Source of the DNA: Eledone cirrhosa
Taxonomy: Eukaryota
Direction of reading: 5' to 3'
DNA: 64,000 bases
Assembly: GCA_964016885.1 (NCBI GenBank)
Contig: OZ024741.1
Location: 143,096,001 to 143,160,000, forward strand
Shown here one piece after another: positions 12,364 to 23,989 of the stretch (position 1 is its first letter; every line of letters starts with the position of its first letter). The notes under the pieces are model-generated. The model saw only the letters and a program-made list of their open reading frames with translations. It did not search any database and was not told the origin of the DNA. The translations under genes were made by a program, and so were the position numbers.

Positions 12364-15178
12364 TTAATGAGTCTGCTGTCAGTGTTACAGAGAACAGTCA
12401 CAGAAAGGATATTATGAGAAATTGCTGAATACGTAGAATGAGTGTAAAATAGTTTTATCTCAACCAAATCCATAAGGACCGGCTATTGAATTTGACAGTT
12501 ATATGACGGAAAGCGCAAATAACCATTTTGATATCAAGCTGCCTCAAACCACCTATGGTTCTATGAAACAAAACCAGCATTTCTTAAAGGATTTTATTGA
12601 AGTTAAAACCTTCCAACATATATTTTTACCTTTTGTTAATTTATGTTACAAATACCATCTTAATGAAATAATTAATCATTTGAATAAATCCCTCCAAATT
12701 CTTTAATTCAAATATGGTAACTAAAGTGTTAGGAATATGAAGACAGGGAAAATAGCTAGATCATTGACCACAACCACTGAGATACTGAAAATGTCTAGTG
12801 GGACCTGTAATAGTCACTTGAATAATCAAACAGGTACAGACCTGTTGGAACCACAATAAAATGCACTTAGTAAACTCCGTAAAGTGTTAGTGTGCTTTGA
12901 TAAATAAACCCTGTACACTCTTTATTTGACAATTCCATGCAACTTATCTGGGGGTAACTTAATTTAAACATAATTATTCTTAGAATATTATATACATTGT
13001 TCAAAACTGATTGTTCCCATGCTAAAAGTTGCACATTAAAGTATAAAAAATAAAAATATAAATTTCTGTATTTACAAATCTTAACTATAATAAAGAAAGA
13101 AGTGTAGGACTGCGTCCAGAATATATATTTTTTATCCTGTTTGTAAAATAAGTTGGATTACTTTGAATAAATAATGAATGAATATTACATAATTTTGTTG
13201 CTTATTTTAAGATTCATTTCTTTAAAATTTTCAAATGTCAACACTTCCCGGTTAGCGACCGCTTATATAAACATTCATATATTTCTGTCACTAATTTTTT
13301 GATCTAATGCAGTTTATATATAATATCTTTTTTTAATGTATCATGGAATTTATTGATTTCATAAGAGTGTAACGCAGACTACATTCAATTTCTGTGGATA
13401 TTGTCAATTACGACTTCATTTGATGTATCATATCTATATGTATATATATTTGCTTATAATATCAATATGCACACTACACATGCTAGCAGAAAACCACCCT
13501 AAGAGTGGTTTTTCTGCTAGTTCTTTGTAATTGATCAATCATATTAGCTATATTATGTGGATGATGATCGTTAATGCTTCTTGCAATGCTATATTTTTTC
13601 ATTTTTTTCATTGAAGTATTTAACTCAGTTCCTGTACCACCCATAAGATACCACATCTATGATGGAAGATATACATAATGAGTGGTTTTTTTTTGCTTAT
13701 TACACCATGGTCTACTGATTGGAGTGACTGGAACACAAATCCAGCTACCTATTAGTTAAACTATACCACATAAAGAAAATATATATAGAGCGTGGAAGAT
13801 GGACGTTAAACGAAGATGATGATGATGATATATATGAGAAAAATGGAGCGCTGCGTGGTTGCGCATGGGTTACATATGAATAAAATTAGTCCGTCATCAG
13901 TGATCTTCCAACTTTCATTGGTATTTCATCGCTTTAAAAATCATATACCTCTGGTTGGTGCGATATATATATATATATATATATACCTAGGTAGCCTGAT
14001 CAATATTCCTTGTCTTAGTCCTCACCTAGTCTTCCCATATTCAAATTCAAAGTCATCTCTAGTGGAAATAGTAAAACATAAAATTAGTTTTCTTAGACTT
14101 AGAAGCTCACACGTTTTGATATGTATGGGGACAGTTAGGGCAATCAAATCTTTCCTATCCTCAGCCGGGGCAGGTATGTCCTTCCATTTCTCATTCACCA
14201 GTCATAAATCTGGCACAATGTTCTGATGCCAATTCATTTTAGGTTATTCTTGCTTATTTTGCCTTCCACAACCCAGCACAAAGTTTGGTTGGTCGGTCTC
14301 ATTTGTGGCAGTCTGGAAAGGTATCCAAGCTAGATTTTTGACGATACTTGATAGCTAGGGAGAACCCCTTACCTGCATGATGTCAGAGTTTATCGAATTA
14401 TTTTTTGGTGGTAAATTAATATATTTCCATGGTTATGCTTGGTTTGGCTATAGGAATAATATAACATCTTAGACAAAACTTAATATATTTTGTGAACAGA
14501 TCATAGTAATATAACCATTTTATGGAATTCTAGTTGAGATTACTATTACAAAGGAAACAGGAGTTCCAATCATCTGTAAACTATTCATGCTATATATTTA
14601 AGACAGGACCAAGTGGAAAATAAGCTTCTTGTCAACTTTCTCTCCGCACAAGATTGCACATACTGCAATAACTTGCGATATCCATTAAACAGGAAAACTG
14701 ACTTAACATTTCATTACCAACAGAGAAACACCTTATTAGCCAATTTTAAATCACTGGTCCTGGATATCCTAAGAACACTTTAGCTCTATCTGGCACATGT
14801 GTATGTGTGCGACAGACAGCTGCAGCCAACACCATCCTCGAACCACCATGTACACTAAAAATGCTTGCATCATTTCAACACCAGCTTTATAGACACCAAA
14901 TGATCATTGGTAAATCTTGCAGCAACATCAGAGTCATCTACAGATAAACTGAGGTCCTTATCAAAGATGATGACACCACCAAATCGCCTACTATTTGCTG
15001 TACTAAATTGGTATTACTAACACACCTCCATAACAAGGTGATCTGAATTAACCAATGGAGACACTGTATTCTCCAGCTGGTTCTTTCATTTTCAGGCATC
15101 TGCAGAAGATCAGCATGCTTACACCTACTAAATCACTGGTAATGTAGAATTAAGTCAAACTCAACATAAATACTGTAT

Positions 15179-15405
15179 ATATATTGTTATACTTTGGGAG
15201 GGTCATGTTGCCAATAAGAAACACACGCACCAGTTGCTTTCACTTCAATTTATTATAATAAATTTATAAGTTCCACAACCAGATGGTTGTGGAACCAACC
15301 AACCAACCGGAAATTTATAAATTTATTATAATAAATTGAAATGAAAGCAACTGGTGCGTGTGTTTCTTATTGGCAACATGACCCTCCCAAAGTATAATAA
15401 TATAT
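15179..15405. repeat. Fold-back (long inverted repeat) element, probably PLE-derived
   Basis: ~95-bp near-perfect arms; termini 'tgttatact(t/g)gggagggtcat' shared with the 50629-51086 element. Confidence 0.85.
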
Positions 15406-15559
15406 TTTGATTTATTCTTTATAAAATGTTAATTCTCAGGCAACACTGATTATCAACAGGGAAAGTATGTGTTGTATGAGCATTTATATAGTGTGATGTG
15501 TAATTCCAAAAATGTACTCAAACATAACTACTCCAATGATAACTTATGTGGGAGCACTC

Positions 15560-17300
15560 TGGCATGCATGACTCCAGCTGTTGGCTACCTTGTGCAGTGA
15601 AGGAGTGATGAATGTGGAAGGTCTGGTGGTTTTGGCTGGTGAGGACAGTGATGTTGGCAATGAAGCAATAGTCATGTGTTGTGACTGGGTCTTAAAATCA
15701 TGGACTCTGTTGCAGAGGTGGGGGGTAACTGGGTGTAGGGTATAGAGTGTTTGGTCCGTGTTAGAACAGGTGAAGATGACATAGTAGGTTTGTAGAAGAT
15801 GGAGGTTAAGAGATTGCAGTGAGGTTCATGGATAGATAGAGAGATATCCAGAAATTGGCTGAAAATATCAGAGATTGAGGAGGTGAAATCAAGAGTAGGA
15901 TGCTCTTGTTGGTCAAAGTAGAGGAAAGTTGAGCTGTTCACAAGAGAGAAAGGTGGCACTGTTATAGTCCTCAATATAATTACATATATAATAGCTCTGG
16001 AGTGACTAAAGTTTATTGGGAGAAAATTTGGACCTCAACGTAGCCAACAAGCAAGTTAGCAAAGTTGGGGTCCCTTCTGGTTCCCATGGCTAGAGTAGCC
16101 ATGGGAACCAGAAGGGACCCCAACTAGAACTTTCCAGAAAAGAAAAAACATTTCAGTGTGAGAATCAGCTCAGCAAGGCAGAGGAGAATAAAAGTGTGAG
16201 AAATGATGCTCAAGGTGAAAAGAAAGTAAGAAGAGCCAGGAGAGAAGGAGAAAGAATTTTAAAAAAATGAAAGCCATGATTAGTATTGTAATTGTGGGAG
16301 GGGAGGTCAATGACTAGTGGTGAAAAAAGGGTGTCAAAATATTTTGAAATAAGCTCAGTGGGGCAGTCATGGTTGTTAGTATGTGTATCTTGGCGAAGAA
16401 GTATAAGGTGTGCAGACAATAACTTCAGTGGTAGTGGAGAGAAGAGAGGAATAGATGAGGAAGCAAATGGTGAAGGACATAAGCTGTTGGAGTGGTGGAA
16501 AAAGGTGGAAAGAAAAAGGTGGTGGAAGGGGTTATGAAACTGGCAAAGAACTTTATTCTTGAGCATGCCACATTATCACAGCACCACCTTAATGAGAGGA
16601 TTTAATGATGGTCATTACAATGGATGAGGCTATGAAGAGTGGATGGCTCTGTCCAGGTAGTGATGATATTTGGGGAACACTTACCAAAATTGAAGAAGTT
16701 GAGATTGCTGAACTAGCTGGGACCTAGCATTCAGTAGGATGGTCAGTAGCAAAGGAAGCTATCTGTATATGCCAACATGGATGGAATGTGATAGAATGCA
16801 CACAATTTTGTGTGGTACAACTGTTCAACATCGATATATTTTCAGAACTCATCGCAGGTGTATGTGATAAGTGTAGACCTCCAGCTTCAGAGAGGGGTAG
16901 GTCTGGGTGTTGTATAACAGTAAATGAGGCCAAGAGTGGTATGGTTGGGATTACTGGTGGTGGAGGTGGGGGTGATAAGAGTAGGGGTAGATGAAGGGGC
17001 TGTTAAATCAAGGCTAGAGATGTGAGTGTGGTGGCACTTATAAGGAAAGAGAGCGAAGTTTGTGTTTCTTGATACAGATAAGAAAATGAAATAAGAGGAA
17101 ACTGTGATGATGGATTGCATTAGAAGAAGGTGGCAAATGGAGGAGAGAAGATAGGCTTGGAGATCCCAACTAAGGGAGTGGATCTGAGTGAGGGTTTGAT
17201 GGGAGGTGGAAAGCTTTAGGAATGAAATGGAGATGAAAAGAATGCGTGCATGATTATGTGTGTGTTTGTCCATAGTGATCAATATATGAAGATTGCTAAC
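15560..17300 (-). mobile_element. Degenerate Penelope-like element RT region (Neptune/Poseidon-like)
   Basis: Minus frames: AMGTRRDPNFANLLVGYVEVQIF, FLDISLSI..LLTSIFYKPT..KHSIPYTQL, CPTELISKYFDTLFSPLV. Confidence 0.8.
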
Positions 17301-17584
17301 ATAATAATCACCAACCACATAATATAGCTATAGTTTTATTTGAGGGGCATATGTTGTATGTGTGCATTATTTAGTTGGCCTAACTAGTCAGTATAAAGTT
17401 GATAGTTGTATAAGATGTGTACATACACACGTGTAAGCTCATTCAACACTCTCTACACACAGAGACATATATATATATATATAGATAGTCGATTGACAAG
17501 ATCCCAGACGTCATTTGTTTAACGAGTGGGGTGGAGCTCATCAAATTGGTCCAAGGAAACAATGTTTCCATTGGTCTTTCCCAT

Positions 17585-17720
17585 TGCTAATACTATCTGT
17601 CGGTTGGAGCAACATGAAATAAAAGTGTCTTACTTAAGGACATAACGCATCCCCCAGCCTGGGAATCGAAATCAAAACCTCACAATTGCGAATCCATTTC
17701 TCTAACCACTCAGCCACGTG
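17585..17720 (-). mobile_element. CORE-type tRNA SINE (family B), degenerate
   Basis: Minus: 'gtggctgagtggttagag..gatttcgattcccagg..ccttaagtaagacacttttatttcatgttgctcc'. Confidence 0.7.
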
Positions 17721-17749
17721 CACATGCGTGTGTGTGTAAAGGCACTCCT

Positions 17750-18770
17750 TAGATTGTACATGAGGAGACCAACAGAGAAATTGAACAAGGGTCGGAAGAG
17801 GTGCCAGAATAAAAGCTACAAGGTATTTTCATCTGATGCCACAATGGTACTGGCAATTATAGATCCATTAAATTGCTGGACCAGGTTGTGAAAATTACAG
17901 ATAGCAAAACTGATTAGGGACAGAATTAATTTTGATGAGATGCAGTTCGGCTTCAAGCCAGAGAGAGAAGCATTACCAAAACCATCTTCCTGGTGAGACA
18001 ATTGCAGGAGAAGTACTTAGCTAAGTATAAGCCTCTATACTTAGCATTTGTTGAGTAGAAAAAAGGCTTTGATAGATCCCCACACTCTGTAATCTATTCG
18101 CACTTAGGAAGTTAAGGTTAGATGAATGGCTAATTAGGCTGGTACAAGCCATGTACAGCAGAGCAGTCAGCAAGGTGAGGGTTAACGATGTATATAAATG
18201 TGCAGGTAGGAGTCCACCGAAGCTCAGTTATCAGCCCTCGCTTGTATATTATAGTCCTCCAGACCAAATAAGAGGAATTCAAGTCCTTGGGAACTCCTGT
18301 GAGCTGAAGATTTAGCACTCACAGCAGGAACCACAAAAGTTAGAGAAGTTCCATGTGGAAACAGAATCTGGCCTCAAAGTAAAACAAGCAAAGACTGAAG
18401 TTTTAGTAAGTAGAAAAGAGGATTAAACTCTGTTACCACCAGGAAAATGGCTATGCTCAATATGCAGTAGATTGGCACTCCATACAATGTACCCTGTGTG
18501 GACAGTGGATGTCCAAAAGATATAGTAGGAACATAGGTAGACTGTCAAGGGAGGTAGAGCTTATGTAACAAGTACACAGGAAATAAATGCCGTCAAATGT
18601 TCAGAAGGTTCACTATGTATGGTGGTTGCTGTTAGGAAGTGCATCTAGCCATAGAAATGATGCCAAATAAAGAATGGATGAGCAAGATGAAGTCACTCCT
18701 ATCCGCTTAGTCTCGGATTATGATTACGCCACCAAAGCTATGCCAGCCTGGAGAGTGGATTTATGATGAT
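17750..18770 (+). mobile_element. Old RTE LINE fragment (RT core) plus tail
   Basis: DEMQFGF, LQEKYLAKYKPLYLAFV, EWLIRLVQAMY; many indels. Confidence 0.85.
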
Positions 18771-19109
18771 GATATATATTACCCAAGATTCATGACCATA
18801 GGTAAGGATAGGCAGAAACATCAGTTACTTGCACAAATAATTTATAGATATAAAAATGCAAACAGTTCTTTGAACAAAACAAGCAGTTTCCTCCAACCCC
18901 AAACAACTTGACCAGGAACTTGGTAGAAACAAAACAGAGATCAATGTAGCACCAAGTAAAAGAAGTGGGAAAAGTTCTGGGTAAGAGTGTGAGCAGAAAG
19001 GGAATCACTATGCACAGGACAGGTTAGAACAAATATTGCACCAGAAAAATTGTGAAAAGATACCACAGCAAAAGAAGAGTTAATTCCACAATAAAATGCA
19101 TCCAGTATT

Positions 19110-19490
19110 CTATTTCTTCACCCACTTATTCCTGAGAGGGTCATGGGGGCAGAGTCCTTAAACACTCTTTCCAGTGAGTCCTATCAGAAGCAACCGTCTC
19201 CAATTGATCTGGCTGGATCCCCAAGAGTGACCAGCCAAGCTCATGGATGTTATCCAACCATCTTGCTCGGGGTCTACCACTGGGTCTCCTGCCAGTTGGT
19301 TTTGCCCATAAAATCTGTCCAGCGATTCTTTCCTGAGACATTCTAACCACATGCCCAAACTGTTGGAGCTGTGATCCCTCAATTTGGAGAAGTAGTGATT
19401 GTATTCTTTCGGCTATTGCCCAAGATTCATGGCCATAGGTAGGGGTTGGCACAAAAACCGAATTGAAGATAGCGAGTTTGGCTTTTATAC
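19110..19490 (-). mobile_element. 3' fragment of a different RTE-clade LINE (Expander/Rex3-like C-terminus)
   Basis: ORF 19141-19452: PTPTYGHESW..QFGHVVRMSQERIAGQIL.AKPTGRRPSGRPRARWLD..ASDRTHWK. Confidence 0.8.
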
Positions 19491-19519
19491 CTACCTGAAA
19501 AAAAAAACATCAAGTAACT

Positions 19520-20960
19520 GGACATGACAAGATCTCAAATTTCTGGTTGAAACATCTAAGAGGGCTATATGGGAAACTTGCAGAAAAATTTAACGAATTT
19601 CAGACTGAATCAGAAATAACACCCGACTAACACATGACAAGAAAAGCTTTCTAAGAATGATGACACAACAAGCCCCACCCCTGCCTTCCTACAACCTACA
19701 AAACCATAACTGCAATAATATCATAGAGACTGACCAAACACCTGGGGGGAAAAAAAACTATTTCTAGAAGAGCAGAAAAAAATCTACAAAGGTCCATATG
19801 GCTGTAAAGATTAGCTACTGATCAATGAAGCCATAACCAGACTTGCAGAAAGAGAAAAACAATTTTAACAGGACATAAACTGACTACCAGTAGCTTTTTG
19901 ACAGTGTTCTCTACATCTGGATACTGGACACACTAGCCATGAACAAAGTAGAACTACCAGTAAAAAGAAATTCATCAACTATGCCATGAGTAAGTGTTAA
20001 ACAGTTCTGTAGATAAAGATATATATTTCAATTAATAGAGAGATATTTCAAGGTGACTCCCTATCACCACTCTTCTTCATTGCACTGAAATGTTAAAGAG
20101 GGCTGGACTTGGATTCAACTATCTCTTGTATATGAATGAATGAAAGCTGTACATTGCAGATGATAGACTGCAGGAAACATTACTAAATATACTATAATGA
20201 CTTGCAAAAGAAACTGATATGAAATCTGGATAAGAAAAATGTACTCCGAAAGGAAGAAAACTAGTTAAAAACACTAATATCATGCTAGATAAAGAAACTG
20301 AGATAAGAGAATTAGAACAGACATAAATACTTAGGAATCAATGAATTAGACATCAAATGAAAGAAAAAATTAGATAGGAATACTATAGACACATTAAATT
20401 ACTACTTGAGACAGAATTAAATGCAAAGAATATGGTAATAGACACCAATATTGTAGCTGTCCTGGTAATATGCTACAGTTTGATATTCTTAATTGAACAC
20501 TAAAAGGACTAACAGAAGAAAAAATGACATTTCGAATACAACACCCAAAATCAGATGTAGAAAGATTATACCTACCACAAACACAGGGAGATAGGGGCTT
20601 ATGTAACTAGAAAATTATAATAAAGCATCCACTGTAGGACTACAAAAATACCTAATGAAGAAAAATGCAGAGTTAATACAAATAGCCAAGAAGAATAAAT
20701 AAATAAAAAAATTGTTTTTGTCTTCAAGGAAGTACAAGACAGGAGCTGTATTGACAAGAGAATGAAAAAAGAAGCAACAGAATTGGCAAGAAAGATCCTA
20801 CATGGCCAATACCTGAAAAGGCTGAATAGGGAGGAAGTAGACAAACAAAATTTAGCAAACTGGCTAAGTAGCAATGATCTAAAAAGTCCAAGAGTGAAAG
20901 ATTCCTATTTGCAACACAAGATCAAAGCCTCCCCACCATAAATGCAGGACACAGTAACAG
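19520..20960 (+). mobile_element. Degenerate R4/Dong-clade (RLE-type) non-LTR retrotransposon
   Basis: Broken frames: IFQGDSLSPLFF, YLLYMNE*KLY (YMDD), YLGI, HPKSDVERLYLP...GDRGL, LHGQY, FLFATQDQSL. Confidence 0.82.
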
Positions 20961-21012
20961 TATACAAGAAATCCCACAGGTCATAAAAACTTCAGTTATG
21001 TATTGTTATTTT

Positions 21013-21056
<44 letters not shown>

Positions 21057-21168
21057 GTTTCAATAGGAGATATATATACATATACATATATATATATATA
21101 TATGTGTAGGTAGTTCGGTGAAATACTGGTGTGGTACCAAATCAAGCACTCTATGCTCAAGCGGAGTG

Positions 21169-21357
21169 TATATAATAGAAAAAACGAGGAAGTTTTATGA
21201 AAAATATTTATTGTGTATCGACCTGTTACGCGTGTTTCGCAGAGGATTGGCTCAGGGTGACCCATAGGAGTTATGGACCCGAAACGCGCCTAACAGATCG
21301 ATACGCAATAAATATTTTTCATAAGTAAACGAAACTTCTTCGTTTTTCTATTATATA
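21169..21357. repeat. Fold-back element in (TA)n with hammerhead GAAAC-stem III remnants at both inner arm ends
   Basis: Arms 21169-21239 and 21280-21357; 'cgaaacgcgcctaacag' on plus and 'cgaaacacgcgtaacag' on minus. Confidence 0.75.
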
Positions 21358-21497
21358 TATATATATATATATGTAGATAAATCTACCAAGAGTTTACGGT
21401 AGTGTCCAATCCGTATGAAGAACTCAATGTATTCCGGATATCATGGAAAGAAGAGATGTAATGAAAAATCACTTTCGGTGAAAGATAAACGGTATAC

Positions 21498-21537
<40 letters not shown>

Positions 21538-21687
21538 CCAGTTGACTTAAGAAGCATTGAGAAAATATATATATATATATATATATCCAGTTGACTTAAG
21601 AAGCATTGAGAAAATTTAAATTTACATATACAGATAACTATAATAATAGTCGATCACTATAATAGTTTAGAAAATCAACTACATTTC

Positions 21688-21901
21688 AAATTTAGAAGCT
21701 TCAACATTTTTTTTTTTTTACTATGAAAAATAGTTTAAGAAATTGGGCCTTGGATGGAAAAAAGGTGACAGCACAGCAAATGTGACTCACGGGGTCAAGT
21801 TCCACAGGCGACGTTGTCAACTTTTTCCCTCCAGGGTCTTTTATGCACAATTTGTTAGACTATTTTTCATAGTAAAAAAAATATTTTGAAGCTTCTAAAT
21901 T
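21688..21901. repeat. MITE-like imperfect palindrome
   Basis: 'atttagaagcttcaa..ttttactatgaaaaatagt' and its reverse complement at 21859-21901, with nested inner inverted segments. Confidence 0.75.
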
Positions 21902-22183
21902 TTTAATAAATATGTGTGTGTGTGTTCTCAGGTTACTATTATTATTGTTTTGTTTTATATATATATATAAACATCCTTATGACGCATTGGGAAAATTTGA
22001 AATGCCATCACAACACAACTATAAGTCAATCACTAAAAATAATAGTTGTAAACATTTTTTTTTAACATTTCCAAATATAATACTAGACCACCCGTGACCC
22101 GTTTGGTCACGTTCACTTAGAAATAATTTTAAAATAATTAAAATATACAGACATGTATATAATGTAAAATGAAATTGGAAGCC

Positions 22184-22220
<37 letters not shown>

Positions 22221-22273
22221 GGTGTATGTGTATACATACATATATTATATATATATATATATATATACCGACA

Positions 22274-23958
22274 TGTGTCAGGCAAAAGTACCACAGACGC
22301 TCTTTTCATTGTACGACAACTACAGGAGAAGTACCTAGCTAAAAGTAAACCCCTATACTTAGCTTTTGTCGACTTGGAGAAAGCCTTCGACAGAGTCCCC
22401 CATTCCATTATCTGGTGGACTCTTAGAAAACTAGGTGTTGATGAATGGCTTGTGAGAGCTATACAAGCCATGTATAAAGAAACAGTCAGCAAGGTTAGAA
22501 TTAACAACGAATATAGTGAAGAGTTTAGCGTAAAAGTTGGTGTTCATCAGGGCTCCGTTTTTAGCCCCCTACTATTTATTATTGCCCTTCAGGCTATAAC
22601 AGTGGAGTTGAAGACCGGCTGCCCATGGGAACTCCTATATGCAGATGATCTAACGCGCATAGCTGAATCAATGGCCGAACTAGAGAAGAAATTCCAAACA
22701 TGGAAGCACGGCCTAGAATCAAAAGGCCTTAAAATTAACCTGGCTAAGACTAAAGTTCTAGTTTGTAGGAAGGAAAATAGGGCGCTGGTCCAATCCGGGA
22801 AATGGCCATGCTCAGTGTGTAGGAAAGGCGTAGGTAGAAACTCCATTTTATGTCCCAAATGCAAAGTATGGGTGCATAAAAGATGTAGTGGATCACAGGT
22901 AAGCTAAGAACATAGATTTTACATGTGGCCGGTGCTCTGGTGCAATAAGTAGCAGCAAGTGCCCACAAATACTAGCTCTTTCAATTGCACAGAGGGTTCT
23001 ATAGAAATAGTGGACAGCTTCCGTTACCTGGGTGACAAAATCAGCAGTGGAGGAGGGTGCTCTGAAAGTACAGTAGCTAGAGTCAGAACTGGATGGAAAA
23101 AGTTCAGAGAGCTTATACCACTATTAGCCGCTAAAGGGTTCTCCTAAAAATGAAAGGCAGGCTGTATGATGCCTGCATACGAACAGCAATGTTGCATGGC
23201 AGTGAGACCTGGGCATTGTGTGCAGAGGATATACGCAGACTAGAGAGGAAAGAAGCTTGCATGCTCCGCTGGATGTGTAATAGTAATATACGTGAACGGC
23301 AAAGCATTAACAAACTAAGGGAAAAGTTAGAAATAAGAGGGATCAGATGTTGTTTACTCGAGAGAAGGCTACGTTGGTATGGTCACGTGATGCGCATGAA
23401 AGGCGACAGCTGTATAAAAAAGTGCAGGGCAATAAAAATAGTAGGCAGACCCAGTAAAACCTGAGACGACTTGATAAATTCCGACCTCACACACTTACAC
23501 CTCTCCAAGACAATGTCACTGGACCGAGATCTTTGGCGGTACTCAGTAATAGAGAAGACCCGCCTTACCTAAATACAAAGTAAAACCTTCTACAGTCAGT
23601 AGGCACCTCTAACAAAATACACCCCTGTCCCACTACTCCCACCCCATCCACACCGCCCCTTTCAATGTAAAGTTATGTTGGTACCACAACATCCAGGCCG
23701 AAACAAATGAGGTCGTGTAGGTCTCACGACAAAAAAACACACAGTCCACGCTGTAATGTGGCCGTGTAGGTAACACGGTAAAAACCTCCCAGTTCCACAC
23801 TGTAAATGTGGTTGGTGTTAGGAAGGGCATCCAGCTGTAGAAAACCCGCCAGACAGTCTTATGCGAGCAAGACAACCACTCTTGCCTCAAGTGGGAAAAC
23901 TCTCGTCCAAACCCATGCAAGCGTGGAATACGGACGTTAAACGATGATGATGATGATG

Positions 23959-23960
<2 letters not shown>
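22274..23960 (+). mobile_element. Young 5'-truncated RTE LINE copy (RT core to 3' (GAT)n tail), frameshifted
   Basis: AFVDLEKAFDRV, GVHQGSVFSPLLF, LLYADD, FRYLG, RLRWYGHVMR; near-identical by eye to 62288-63990; flanked by (TA)n. Confidence 0.97.

Positions 23961-23989
<29 letters not shown>

Noticed and set aside
13240-13400. Promoter-like motifs (cttcccgg, gactacattc)
   Set aside because: Short, imperfect matches with no linked gene
13885-13905. ctgatga on the minus strand as a possible hammerhead
   Set aside because: No closing stem II followed by GAAA
13990-15130. Cys-containing, coding-like decayed sequence on the minus strand
   Set aside because: Probably an old transposon, but no motif could be recognised with confidence
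22218-22273. N-terminus of the 229-aa ORF as a real start
   Set aside because: Microsatellite read-through into a 5'-truncated LINE
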